Shown here: piece after piece, positions 1 through 11,377 of the stretch
Position numbering within the stretch: position 1 is the stretch's first letter
How the letters are laid out: every line of letters begins with the position of its first letter
NCBI GenBank assembly: GCA_973895155.1
Contig: OZ316891.1
Span: 30,883,112 to 30,947,111 of the forward strand
Direction of reading: 5' to 3'
Source of the DNA: Marsupella aquatica
Lineage: Eukaryota; Plantae; Marchantiophyta
DNA length: 64,000 nucleotides
Notes under the pieces: generated by a model
What the model saw: only the letters and a program-made list of their open reading frames with translations
Told to the model about the DNA's origin: nothing
Databases searched by the model: none
Made by a program: the position numbers and the translations under genes

Positions 1-254
1 AGCAAGTGCTTGAATAATTGTCAAACTCAATCTGCCCAATGAATCCTTCGAAATGGAGGCCGACCATAGTTGGTGTTTCATTGTCATAGTAGACTTTCAC
101 TGAGACGGAACTGATTTACCTCCAGTCCTTCCCTTCTCAGAAGACCCCAAACAACTTATGTCTGAGAATGGTCTCTCTACCACACTGGACAAGCATAGGA
201 TGGAAACCTGAAATTCAGGTGATTTTAAGTAATTGTGGCAGTAGAACCTGCCTC

Positions 255-457
255 TGTATCAATCTTCAGTAGTACAGAACAGCTCAAATTACATACATGA
301 CCTCACACTAGTCGTGACTCCATTGTGTATCAAAATCCTCAGTAAAGAATAGCTTACAGGACCTCATATGAGTCGTTTCTCCATTGTGTATCTCTCCTCA
401 GTAGTATGGAATAGCTTACATTACATACAGGACCTCATATTGGTCATGACTCCATTC
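255..457. repeat. Degenerate tandem repeat, ~3 copies of a 60-75 bp unit
   Basis: Recurring CTCAGTA...AATAGCTTACA...GACCTCATAT...GTCGTGACTCCATTGTGTATC motifs. Confidence 0.7.
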
Positions 458-1490
458 TGCTGCCTCCTCACTGGGAAGTTCAGAACCGTGTAAAACCTTC
501 TGAAGAATGTTTGAATCTGTACGTAGTGGGCAAGCCTCACACAGCTTGTTGACATCCGATGACTTGTTGCTCTTAATATTTTATGAGCTTATTCAGATCC
601 TAATGAACTTCGAAAGCTAGGGATTCCACTAAACGTAAGTCCTTGCTTTGCACTTTGGCAGTTAAGTCGTTCAATATCGAGCCATTCCATTCTGAATTGC
701 TCGTCCAGCAGGTCAGGAGTGGTACGAATTAGGATGCAGTTGAATCAGCGGAATGCATAAAGCTCATTAGAATCAATCAGCTCCAGAACTGGATGGCTCG
801 ATCCCATTTACGTCTAGGGGAAGGTGACTGACAAAGCCATGCAGCTGGTAAGGCCAGGGGAGAATCTTGTGAATGGAAACCTTGGCCTTGTCAATGGAAA
901 CTGGTAATTAGAGCTGAACTGAGGGTTATCCGGTGGAAATTAGAACACGCAATCCATGATGCTGTGTGGGTCATCTCTTACGAGAACAGATCCATCACCG
1001 TAGTTTTCCTTTCAAAGAAATATTCATAGCCTCCTCCTGGATTTGACAATCAGTCAAAACAAACCTGCCATGCTTCTCTGCACTGGAAACTTTGGAAATG
1101 CACAATGAGTGTTATGAAACGACTGACAATGGACACAAGCAAACAGCAGCACGGGTTTCGTTCATCCATGCTTGAACCCAATACAGTCTAACAACTTCTT
1201 CAACGAATTCAAAGGAATCGTATCACACGCTCGTGTAAACGTAATCAAATCAACTAACTGTGGCAATCTGAGACCAAGAAACCAAATATAAGCCAAATAA
1301 CACGTGCAAAACCTTTAAATATCAGGAGGGTCTGACTCCCACTCTTCAGTTCACGCGTTTTGGAAGATTCTCGCGTGTGTTGTGTTCCTGGTGGAGAGTT
1401 CGAGGGCTCTGCAGACATACACCCACAAAACGGTACTAGGGTTCTCCGCTCTTGCTCTGTGCATGCACCTGCAATATCATCCGTCTCGTT

Positions 1491-1842
1491 CTGTTCGAGA
1501 TTCCTGCCAACGAGTGCTAAAGCCAGTGAGAAAGCAAGCGTGGGAGGGAGAAGGTCACTTCGAAGCGATCGCCACTGTTCGAGACTGCTGCCAGCAATCT
1601 CACAAGGCCAGTGAGCGAGAAAGCAAGTGTGGGAGGGAGAAGGACATCTCGAAGCGATCGCTAGTCTGTTCGAGACTGCTGCCAGCGATCTCACAAGGCC
1701 ACTGAGCGAGAAAGCAAGCGTGTGGAGGGAGAAGGACACTTTGAAGCGATCTTCATTCTGTTCGAGATTGCTGCCAGCGATTCACAAGGCCAGTGAGTGA
1801 GAAAGCAAGCGTGGGGAGGGAGAAGGACATTTCGAAGCGATC
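1491..1842. repeat. Tandem repeat, 4 copies of a ~90-bp unit, directly upstream of the thioredoxin gene
   Basis: Unit CTGTTCGAGACTGCTGCCAGCGATCTCACAAGGCCAGTGAGCGAGAAAGCAAGCGTGGGAGGGAGAAGGACATTTCGAAGCGATC occurs 4 times with variation. Confidence 0.9.
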
Positions 1843-2001
1843 TGTTTGCGGTGTGATTATTGTTTTTCGTACGTGTGTTGAGTGAGCTACGAGAACATGC
1901 TCGACTTTGTTTTGCTCATTTTGTTTCTCATCTTCGTGTTCCGTATCGTTGCGTCGGGGCTTCAAAAGCAGCCACGAGAAGGAGGTGCGTCGGGATCAGC
2001 C

Positions 2002-2346
2002 ATGGGAAACCACGGCAACGTAGTGGTCATCAACACCGTCCAGGAGTGGGAGGCCAAATTGGAGGAGGCCAAAAGTGCCAGGAAAGTGGTCGTCGTGGAT
2101 TTCACGGCGACATGGTGCGGTCCATGCCGACACATGGCCCCTATCTTCGAAGAACTGTCCAGAAAATACACGGATCTCATTTTCGTGCAGGTTGATGTGG
2201 ATAAATTGCAAGAAGTTGCTGCCAAGTGGGATGTGCATGCCATGCCCACCTTCGTTTTCATCAAGGATAAGAAGTTGGTGCATAAGATTGTTGGATCGAA
2301 CAAGGACGAACTTGAAAAGAAAGCCGTCTTTTTCTCAGCTAGTTAG
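2002..2346 (+). CDS. TRX-h: Thioredoxin h-type, 114 aa, intronless; possible in-frame upstream start at 1897
   Basis: VVVDFTATWCGPC active site, VDVD and AMPTFVFIK motifs, KIVG C-terminus; ATG at 2002 in GCCATGG context; TAG at 2344-2346. Confidence 0.93.
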   Translation: MGNHGNVVVINTVQEWEAKLEEAKSARKVVVVDFTATWCGPCRHMAPIFEELSRKYTDLIFVQVDVDKLQEVAAKWDVHAMPTFVFIKDKKLVHKIVGSNKDELEKKAVFFSAS

Positions 2347-4199
2347 ATGGCGATGTCTCATCCTAGTAGGGGTTTGAGATGCGTCCTTTGTTTGATTCGG
2401 AAATAAACGCAGTAAAAAGCAGTGCACAATGTTTGATGTGACGTTTCCCTGGTGAGCTTCGAACAGGGAATGGCCTCTGCACCTTAGGGCGCCGTATATG
2501 AGTCGAGAATGTTATGAAATTGGTTGCATCATATGCACGCAAGGTTTCTAACCCTGCTCTCAGTTAAGGTCCAAAGAGAAAAACTGTCAATCACATGAGT
2601 CAATTTGACATGTCAAATTGTGATCCAGTTTCTTGCTTATATTCATTCCATGCCAGAAGACTTAGACGATCACACAGTTTCTTATGCAAGTGAAATTCAA
2701 TTCAGGGAATCACTTCCGTCGGGAAGTTAGGGAGATGAAGGGAAAAGATGTTTCTCCTATCGATTTCAAGACTCCTCATCATTGTGACGAAGGGCGCTTA
2801 GATTGAAATCCAATCCGTATATCGAGTCTGACTGTATGATTACTGGTTGCTGGCATCGTTAACCGAGACTTGCGAAAGCTGTTTGACAAGAACCAGGTGG
2901 GCAAACACAAAATGTGTCGGGACAGAGATTATTAGAAATTTAAAACCATTTCTCGCTACTGATTCACGACAACCGTGAAGAATCCATTTTGAGCTGGTAA
3001 TTCGATTAAAGGATGAGCTTCTACCACTATGCAGGGGGAAGGATGGGTTGGATCCCCCAAGTGTTGTTTTCCCTTTGGCTGTAACCTTGCTAGATTTCTG
3101 AGGCGTTGGAAGAAGATGCGAGCAAGAATGTAAATTGGGTTCGAGCAGTTCAATGTTCTTCTGTTTTCAGTGAAGGCCATCGGAGCCCTGTTTCTCCATA
3201 GGTGATCTTCTTTGACCGTAACAGCTCAACCTGGAGGCCATTGTAGTGGAGGTCCTCAGAGTGAATGTTGATGAACGAGATTGCCATTCCTAGGTGATGA
3301 ATTCGATTAATTTCGAGTGCTACATTCATTTCGAGTGCTACATTCAAGATGATGTACAGGATGAGGACACGGTATGAAGGTTATATCACGACTCCTCTTG
3401 ATAAGCTGAAAAAGATAGCCACTGCATTTACGATCATCAGTTTTTTCAGTGGTAGACGTTCTTGGTTTAAAGATTTCTGGTGCTAAGAGCCATATGCGTT
3501 TTCAACAGATACGTATGCATGATAGTTCAACCGGTGGGAATCCCTGATGTCCAGGAAATCCTTAATGAGAAAGTCTGAACCCTGAATATGGGATGTACAG
3601 GAAATAACCTGCCTCGCATTAAGCGATGTGACAGATTAACTTGAATGAAGTGGAATCCTAACTTTATAATTCTGCCACGGACCGTAGAAGCGATTTGAAA
3701 GGCATCAGGGATCAGTCTCCAGTTTGGCCTGCAGATACGTTGCAACAAGATTTTTCTCTCTTGATGATGGAGCCTAGAAAAACTGGATAAAAGCAACCGG
3801 ATCAAATGAACAAAACGTTTGTGTCCTGTAATAACTGTTGTTGTCCACTACGGATTGTAGTCCCATCGAGCAAAATCGCCACGTTTAACCTGATACGGAT
3901 TTTCCTGGATAAGCAGGCAACACTTACGTTAAACTTCTAACAAATTCACCAGAACAAAATTGTTCAACGTCTTGGAATCCGAACCAAACGTACTGGCAAG
4001 GAACCGAGGGACTGAGCAATGTTCGTCCCCAATTTCCCTATCACATAACAACTAAAACTAAGTGAAATCTACGGCTGTCTTAGAATTTGTGGTCCAGTTG
4101 TGTGATGATCGGTGGTACCCATCTGATTAGAACGCAACACAGGTTCCGGTGATTGCGTGTAAGTTGGATTGGAGTCCATGTAGTTTACGGGTAATTCGT

Positions 4200-4760
4200 T
4201 TTGATTGAAGCACATTGTCCCTCGGCCCAACATAATTCGCGAATGAGATATAGGTTGTGGGAACGATGGGGCATTGAGGCACATCGTCCCTCGACCAAAC
4301 ATAATTCGCGAATGAAAAAAAGGTTGTTGGGACGATGTGGCAGGAGAGGATCCAGGCAGCTCGACATTGAAGCACATTGTACCTCGACCCAACATAATTC
4401 GCGAATGAAAAAAAAGGTTGTGGGAACGATGGGGCATTGAGGCACATCGTCCCTCGACCAAACACAATTCGCGAATGAAAAGAAGGTTGTTGGAACGAAG
4501 GGGCATTGAGGCACATTGTCCCTCGAGCCCAAACATAATTCGCGAATGAAAAGCTCAACATTGAAGCACATTGTACCTCGACCCATCATTATTCGCGAAT
4601 GAAAAGCTCGACATTGAGGCACATTGTCGTTCGAGCCCAAACATAATTCGCGAATAATGAAAAAAAAAAAGGTTGTGGGGACGATGTGGCAGGAGAGGAT
4701 CCAGGCGGGTGATCGGCGAGGGAGCATTCAAGCACGTGGTCCCTCGACTGCGAGGAGCGG
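4200..4760. repeat. Composite minisatellite with palindromic ATTCGCGAAT core, about 7 copies
   Basis: CATAATTCGCGAATGA recurs at about 4231, 4300, 4393, 4464, 4533, 4587 and 4642, separated by shuffled modules (GGTTGTGGGAACGATGGGGCATTGAGGCACAT; AAGCTCGACATTGAAGCACATTGT; GGCAGGAGAGGATCCAGGC). Confidence 0.9.
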
Positions 4761-5149
4761 GAAATAGTCGCTGCTCGGTTGCCCGCCTCACGCATTGCTC
4801 TCCACTCTAACTACAGAGACGCCCCTCCCTCCGGAGGAACACCTGCAGAAGACTCCACGCTTCGAGCGGGCGCGCCATCGACATGCGCTCGCCGGCCCAC
4901 AAGGGAGCTCGTGCGCCATTGTCCCCTACCCCCAACTCGGGTTACAAGCAGGCGTGACCCTGCTCGGATGGGAGAGACTGAGTTTTCCAGGCCTATATTG
5001 TCTGTATGCATGGATTTACGAAGCTTATGGTTTTTAGAATGGTCTGTGAGAACGGACGTGATGGCCTGAGCCTCATCGAGGCCGTGTGTAGATTGACCAC
5101 CCTACTAAACAGTCACTTCCTTTCACAGTTCAGGTGCGTCAATCTACAC

Positions 5150-5513
5150 ACTGAAACTCCACCAATGTCCCTAAGCAATATAAAATTGGCCACTGTTTAG
5201 TAGGGTGGAATTTTCCGGCATTTTCTGGCATTTTTCTCTTACGTTGTTCCATCGTCACATCAGGGACTGGAACACCAGAAGCAAGCTTTCCACTCGGCTT
5301 AGTTTGGAAGTGCGAGATTGGCAAATTCTGCTCTAATAGGAAAGCCGCGTTTTAATTCTTGAATTAGACAGTTTAGATCTAGCCAAAGACCTCATTGGCA
5401 AGAATCTAACAGTTACCTTAAATCTAGTTACCCTTCAATCTAGGGATGAATTCCACCCTACTAAACCGTGGCCAATTTTTTATATTGCTTAGGGACATTG
5501 GTGGAGTTTCAGT
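5150..5513. mobile_element. MITE-like element with ~63-bp terminal inverted repeats
   Basis: 5150-5212 ACTGAAACTCCACCAATGTCCCTAAGCAATATAAAATTGGCCACTGTTTAGTAGGGTGGAATT is nearly the reverse complement of 5449-5513; non-coding interior; TSD ambiguous. Confidence 0.8.
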
Positions 5514-6925
5514 ACAGTCATGTTGCCCCAGAATTAGTAAACATGATTTAGTATCTTGCCCTTGGGCTCAACTGCATGTTAACTTTGTAGACATTTGGGG
5601 GGCTCGTTCTCTCATACTAGGCGGTGGAAGCGATGGGGTCGGTTCATGGCTTTGAATTCCTTCTGCCTTTTTTTGATCAAAGGGTCAAAGAGAAAGTTTG
5701 TTCTCTCATACTACGGGGTGGAAACCATGGAGTCGGTTCATGGTTTTTAATTCCTTCTGCCTCGTTTTGCTCAAAGGGTTAAAGCTGTTCGAAACAAGGC
5801 ATTGAATGAGAGATGCAATGGGCGCAAGTGCAGTTGTAAGAAAGTTGGGTTCTAGTACCGACCATATCAGTGAGTTTAGCACAAAGTTCTTGAATTCTAG
5901 TTCCAGCCATAATTGAAGGGCGCAACTAGACTTTTGTAGGGACATCATCAACTTGTTTGGTCAGTTCATTTTGTTTGGAATTGGTTGCAAGAGAGCTCCT
6001 CAAAGCGTGCCACAAGGTGGCCCAAAATCTTCTCTGTCAGCCCACGTTCGGAAACATATGCTGTGGCACAAATGGCCCAAGGCTCCAGGGCTTTGGCATG
6101 CCATCTTGGGCTAAGAAGCAGAAAACTTGGCTCGGTATCTATAACGAAGTGTTGAGTTTTGACCTGCGTTTGAAACATCAGAAAAACTGCCCAGTTGTGA
6201 AGCCAGAGAAGATTGGGTGTAATGTCCTCAATGCATTGCTGTGGTCTTCAGGATACATGCCACGCCTTTGACGACAAAAAAACCTCCAAAGGTGGCACAG
6301 CTCGTGTAGGCCCTGCCTGGGTTGAAGCTGAGTTTGCTAGCGCATGCACTAACTATTGTCACCACAGCATGAAATGACTATCAGGGAACGAGATTAGACT
6401 TGGATATCTTCACGTCGACAAAGTCAAAACTCAAAACACTCCCAACCACAGCATCAAGGTTGAAAATACTTCTGCAAAAAACCAATGGTAGTTCAATTAT
6501 TGCCCATGTGCTCCCGGAGCTTTCATGAATCTATTGGGTTAGAGTAGGTTTTCGCAAAATTTACTGAAGCTTAATATTTGAGCATTTGAAGCAATGTTAC
6601 ATGAACACTACAGTTAGTGTGACTAAACTTGTGACTGCCATTAGAGTGACACCACAATTAATGTGACTCACTATTTCATGTGACACAAAAGTAATTAAGG
6701 GCTACGGAATTAGTATGACTAACACTACTTGCTGTGGACAGTGCAGGTGATTACCCTCGGCAATGTCTTTGCCAAAGTGGCACTTTCGCATTGAAAACCT
6801 CTCGAAGGCAAAGCTTTCTGATTATATGCCTTCATCAAGCAAACAACAAGGTCCTCACTAGATCTGGGCTGCCGGTATTCCTTCACTGACACTTTTCAGC
6901 CAGGGCAGCACAGCTTTCGATCTGG

Positions 6926-9900
6926 TCACCAGTAATCACCACAAGAACACACCCCATCTTTAAAATGGTGAAAGCGATTTGCATCCCTTGCTATAATCTC
7001 GCGTCCTGTCACCTTAGAGATCAACTTGGTTGCTGTATGGCAATCTGGACAAACCCGAAGATTCTTAGTTACACGAATTGGTTCGTCCGGAGGTATGTGA
7101 ATTATTCCGTAAACAATAGCCAACTTCTCGCTGTGAGAGCAAAGAGCTAGTTCTTTATCCTCCTCATTAACACCTTGCAAAAAAAGCCGGGTATCCGGGA
7201 TGTAGCCTTCAGCCTTCAGTTTTACAGTCAATTTATTGAGCTCAGTATATATCCCCTTCGCTTCTGGGTGAGATGTATCCCCTACAACAAATTCATGGAC
7301 CTTGTTCTTGACTTTAATCCAGCTACGCCCTGGCTCCTTCCGAACACCTCTCTCTCGCATCGTCGTGCGCACCAAAGACACGTTCTCCCACTTACCAGCT
7401 GCAGCATATATGTTGGAGAGAAGCACATATGCAGAAGAATCATTGGGCTCCAACTTCAGAACCTCTTTAGAAGCAAGTTCGCCCAACGCCACATTACCGT
7501 AAGTTCTACAAGCCCCAAGCAAGGCTTTCCAAGTTACCGCATCTGGATAAACTGGCATTTCACTAATGAAGTGCTTTGCTTCCTCCAAGTATCCAGCCCG
7601 CCCAAGAAGATCCACCATGCAGGTATAATGCACAATGTCAGGCTCGATCCCATATTGTTGAGCCATAGCTGAAAAGAGTCTACGACCGTCATCAACAAGT
7701 CCCCCATGACAACAGGCTGACAACACTGCCGTGAATGAATACAAGTCGGGCTTCACACCATCTGCATTCATGTTTCTGAAGAGTGCAAGGGCTTCATGCC
7801 CACATCCATGTTGTGCAAGCCCACCAATCATTACATTCCATGTGACTACATCGCGTTTCTCCACTCCGTCAAAAACCAGTCGGGCATCATCTATACTGCC
7901 ACTCTCAGCATACATGTGAACCAGTGCATTGCCCACACGCAAATCTGTGTGCAGTCCCACTTTGCTAGCATGGCCATGAACCTCCTTCACCCATTCCAAA
8001 GCCCCCTCACTTGCAGATGTATTCAGGATGCTCAGATAAGTGATTGCATTTGGTTCGAAGCCTTCACGTCTCATTTGGAGAAACAGTCGATATGCTTCAT
8101 TCCCACGTCCATGTTGTGCAAGTCCACCGATCATAACAGTCCATGTGACAACATTGCGTTTCTCCATGCTGTCAAAAACCAGTCGGGCATCATCTATACT
8201 GCCACTCGCTGCATACATGTGAACCAGAGCACTGCCCACACGCAAATCTGAGTCCAGTCCCGCTTTCCTAGCATAGCCATGAACCTCCTTCACCCATTCC
8301 AAAGCCCCCTCACTTGCCGACGCATTGAGAATACTAACATAAGTGTGTGCCTCTGGTACGAAGCCTTCACGGCTCATTTGGAGAAACAGTCGATATGCTT
8401 CCACACCATGACCACGTTCTGCATATGCCCCAATCATAATAGTCCATGTAATGACATTTCGATTCGTCAACTTTTCAAAAACTTGCCTTGCCTCGGTGAT
8501 GCACCCACATTTTGCATACATCTGTAGGAGGGCAGTCCCTACACGCACATCTGATTCAAAGCCGGCATTTCTGATATCAACATGAACTTCCTTGCCCCTT
8601 TTTAGAGCTAATGGGTTGGCACATGCCTTCAGGATGGCCAGGTATGTGATCTCATTAGGCACCGCACCTTCTTGGCGCATTTGATTGAAAAGCTCTAGTG
8701 CAGAATCAGCATGCTCACTCTTAGCATACCCTGCGATCATGTTGGTCCAAGTAACAACACTCTTCTTCTCAAATTGATCAAAAACTCGGCGTGCATCCAA
8801 TAAAGCCCCACATTTTATATAAACATCCAGGAGAGTTAACGCCACATATGGACTTTTATCCAGTCCACTTTGGATGATGTGGTCATGTACCTGCTTGGCC
8901 GCAAAAAGGTCTTTCTGTTTCGAGCACATTTTAAGAACTTTGACGTAGGTGTATGAGTCGGTAGTAATGCTTCGTTGTAGACGATTCTCCAAAACAGAAA
9001 TTGCTTGACTCGTGGTTCCCGCGCTATGCATGTCCGTAATACCATTCCCGTGTGCACTGTTTCGAGACCAATCTCTGTTACCACGATTAGCACGAGATTG
9101 CAATCCGCCTTGACCAGTCAAATCGAGCCCTGCCTTCATCCACGCTGGAGTTGACCGGCTGTCCATCCAATCTGCTTTCCTGAGCAGCTCCTCGGTTAAC
9201 GATTGCCTTCCTAGACTCTCAGTCACCCCTTTTCCGGAGATAGCTGAAGATTGTTCCTCTTCCTCTCTGGATAGAGGTTCGGGCTCTCGCCTCTCCGGCA
9301 CCATGTTTGCTGCTCGGTTCCGGTTCTGCTCGATCATTTTTGCAGCTTGCTTCCACTTGGAAGCTCCTGGACGAGTTTGAGGTGATGATGCCTCCAGCTG
9401 TGCTACATTGTAGAGCTCCTGCACCTGCTGCCGCTGATGCCTGAAAATTGAAAAATTACAGCTTACAAGTTAGAGGGATTGACAATGGTGAGCAATGCTT
9501 CACAATCTAAAGAAGAGACCAAGAAATGTGTACATTAGGGACACGTTTTGAGAAGGGAAGGGAAGGGAAGGGAAGGGAAGGGAAGGGAAGGGAAGGGAAG
9601 CATTCCTCCATACAATTCAAACAACCCAACCTAAGAGAATTACTCCTTGTAGAAAAGGTCGAACCGACTTAGAGTACCTCCCAGGGAATAACAATGAGTG
9701 AAGGATTAGAACAGAGGCCCATTTGCCGATTTTCAACATTTGCGGAAAATTTCCAAGTACAGCAACAGAAGAATGATAAATAAAATCTGTACAGACAACA
9801 AGCAGAAAGTAATGTGCTTTACGTCAAGGACAAAATTAAATGCACATATGAAACTTGGGATCGACCTGATGGTATGCGAGGAATGCTGCCGAACCCGTCT

Positions 9901-10092
9901 ACAGGGCGGGAAGTTAGAAGAGAGGATGGTGGAGCAAGAGGTGGAGGCGGAGAAGAGGTGCGGGGCCTGCTGCTGTGGCAGAATCTGCACCGGCGGCCCC
10001 AACCTCGGCAGAATTAGACTGCTCCATTTCTTCACTGCACTCATAGCAACCCCTCTCCTCCACACTCGCCTCAACAGACCCGCTCTCGCCAT
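6926..10092 (-). CDS. PLS-class pentatricopeptide repeat protein with E1/E2/DYW domain (organellar C-to-U RNA editing factor); exons 10092-9866 and 9440-6926, ~913 aa
   Basis: 14 PLS repeats, PG box (EPGRSWI), HSEKLA and CPDCH zinc ligands, terminal DYW; GT-AG intron 9865-9441 joins an Arg-rich transit-peptide-like exon in frame (227+1 nt). Confidence 0.95.
9553..9600. repeat. (GGGAA)n microsatellite in the PPR intron
   Basis: About 9 perfect GGGAA units. Confidence 0.95.
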
Positions 10093-11143
10093 TTTTCGCT
10101 TCCTTCACTGCCTCTACACCTCCACCACTTCGTCCGCCTCGCCGCTGCTCGAAGACCAACGCTGGCTCCACTTTCCCCTTTCACCCAGTCCAATCCAATG
10201 CGCCCTATTGCAACCCAATCTACAATGTCAGTAAGTTGGTCAATGCTAGAATTGAAGCTTCTATATGTATCTGAACCTGCGCTCTACACACTATCTTCCT
10301 GCCGCATACAGCAAAATCCCAACTTCTGGTACTCAGTGGGAGGTTCTAAACGACGCTTCTTTGTTTAGTTCATGCTGCCATTTGAGTTGAATATATACTA
10401 AACCGTCCCACAATTGTAGACTGCCAACGAGATCACATACCTGGATTCCCCAGGACAATTATGTGAAAGTCCCCTCCGCTGAAGTGGCACAGTTCCTGAA
10501 CTAAACTTGGCGCCTCCATTGACCTTCACAGGAAATTCAGCTTCAAGACAACAAAGAACCAATTCTGCTTCAAAGCTAGCATTCAGCGCAGAAGTGACAC
10601 AACGAAAACCCGGCAAAGTTTTTCAGCATACTGAGATCGAATGGGGGATTTAGGGCTACCTGAACAGAGAAGTTAGTGTCACCGCAGTTGTCCATCGCCC
10701 AGAGAGCTCACAACAAATTACGAATCAAAGTTGTACAAGGAACGTCCCCTGCCTATGCCATGCCAGTTAGTTCAAGTGACAAAATAATGATTGTTCCCCA
10801 ATTGATTACCTCCAGTAGCTAATAACCTGTATGCCCTTCCTCGCACTGGGAGCAATTACCATCTCCCGCACTGTCGAGCTCAGGAGAGACTTTGGAGGGA
10901 GAGATTCACGAGTGGGAGAGTATGTATATTGCCTAAACTACAAGGCAATATCTGTATACCCTAAATACGTGTTAAGGATAGTGTCTTCGTTGATCTGATG
11001 CACAAGTTAAATCTAATGGTGAGAATGCAGTAGGGTCTGGCGCTTCCTTGTATTCAGATCCAATGGTCAGATTAGATGGACAGCTACGATTTGGATGTGG
11101 AGGAGGGGTAAAGTTCATGCTCCCCTGGCTCACATGGCCACCC

Positions 11144-11377
11144 TAAAATGCTGTCATCTGAACCGTTAGTTCACATATGGACAATCCAGATCTGGAACAA
11201 GAATTGAATGTTGGAATGTGCAGATTCTACTTAGTGTAGGACGACACAGACCCTAAACCCTAAACCTTAAACACTGTCCTCCTGCACTAAGTAAAATCTG
11301 CACATTCCAACATTCAATTCTTGTTCAAGATCTTGATCATCCATATGTGAATGAACGGTTCAGATGACAGCATTTTA
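11144..11377. repeat. Long hairpin: ~103-bp arms, 28-nt loop containing telomeric CCCTAAA x3
   Basis: Arms 11144-11246 and 11275-11377 are reverse complements with about 9 mismatches; loop CCCTAAACCCTAAACCTTAAA at 11251-11271. Confidence 0.92.

Noticed and set aside
1254-1965. ORFs upstream of the thioredoxin
   Set aside because: They arise from the 90-bp tandem repeat or are antisense shadows
2700-4050. Coding-like stretch after the thioredoxin
   Set aside because: Multiple stops in all frames and no recognisable motif; left unassigned
4069-4795. Several overlapping 70-180 aa ORFs
   Set aside because: They are translations of the minisatellite with no domain signal
6965-8527. Plus-strand ORFs within the PPR gene
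   Set aside because: Antisense shadows of the PPR-DYW CDS
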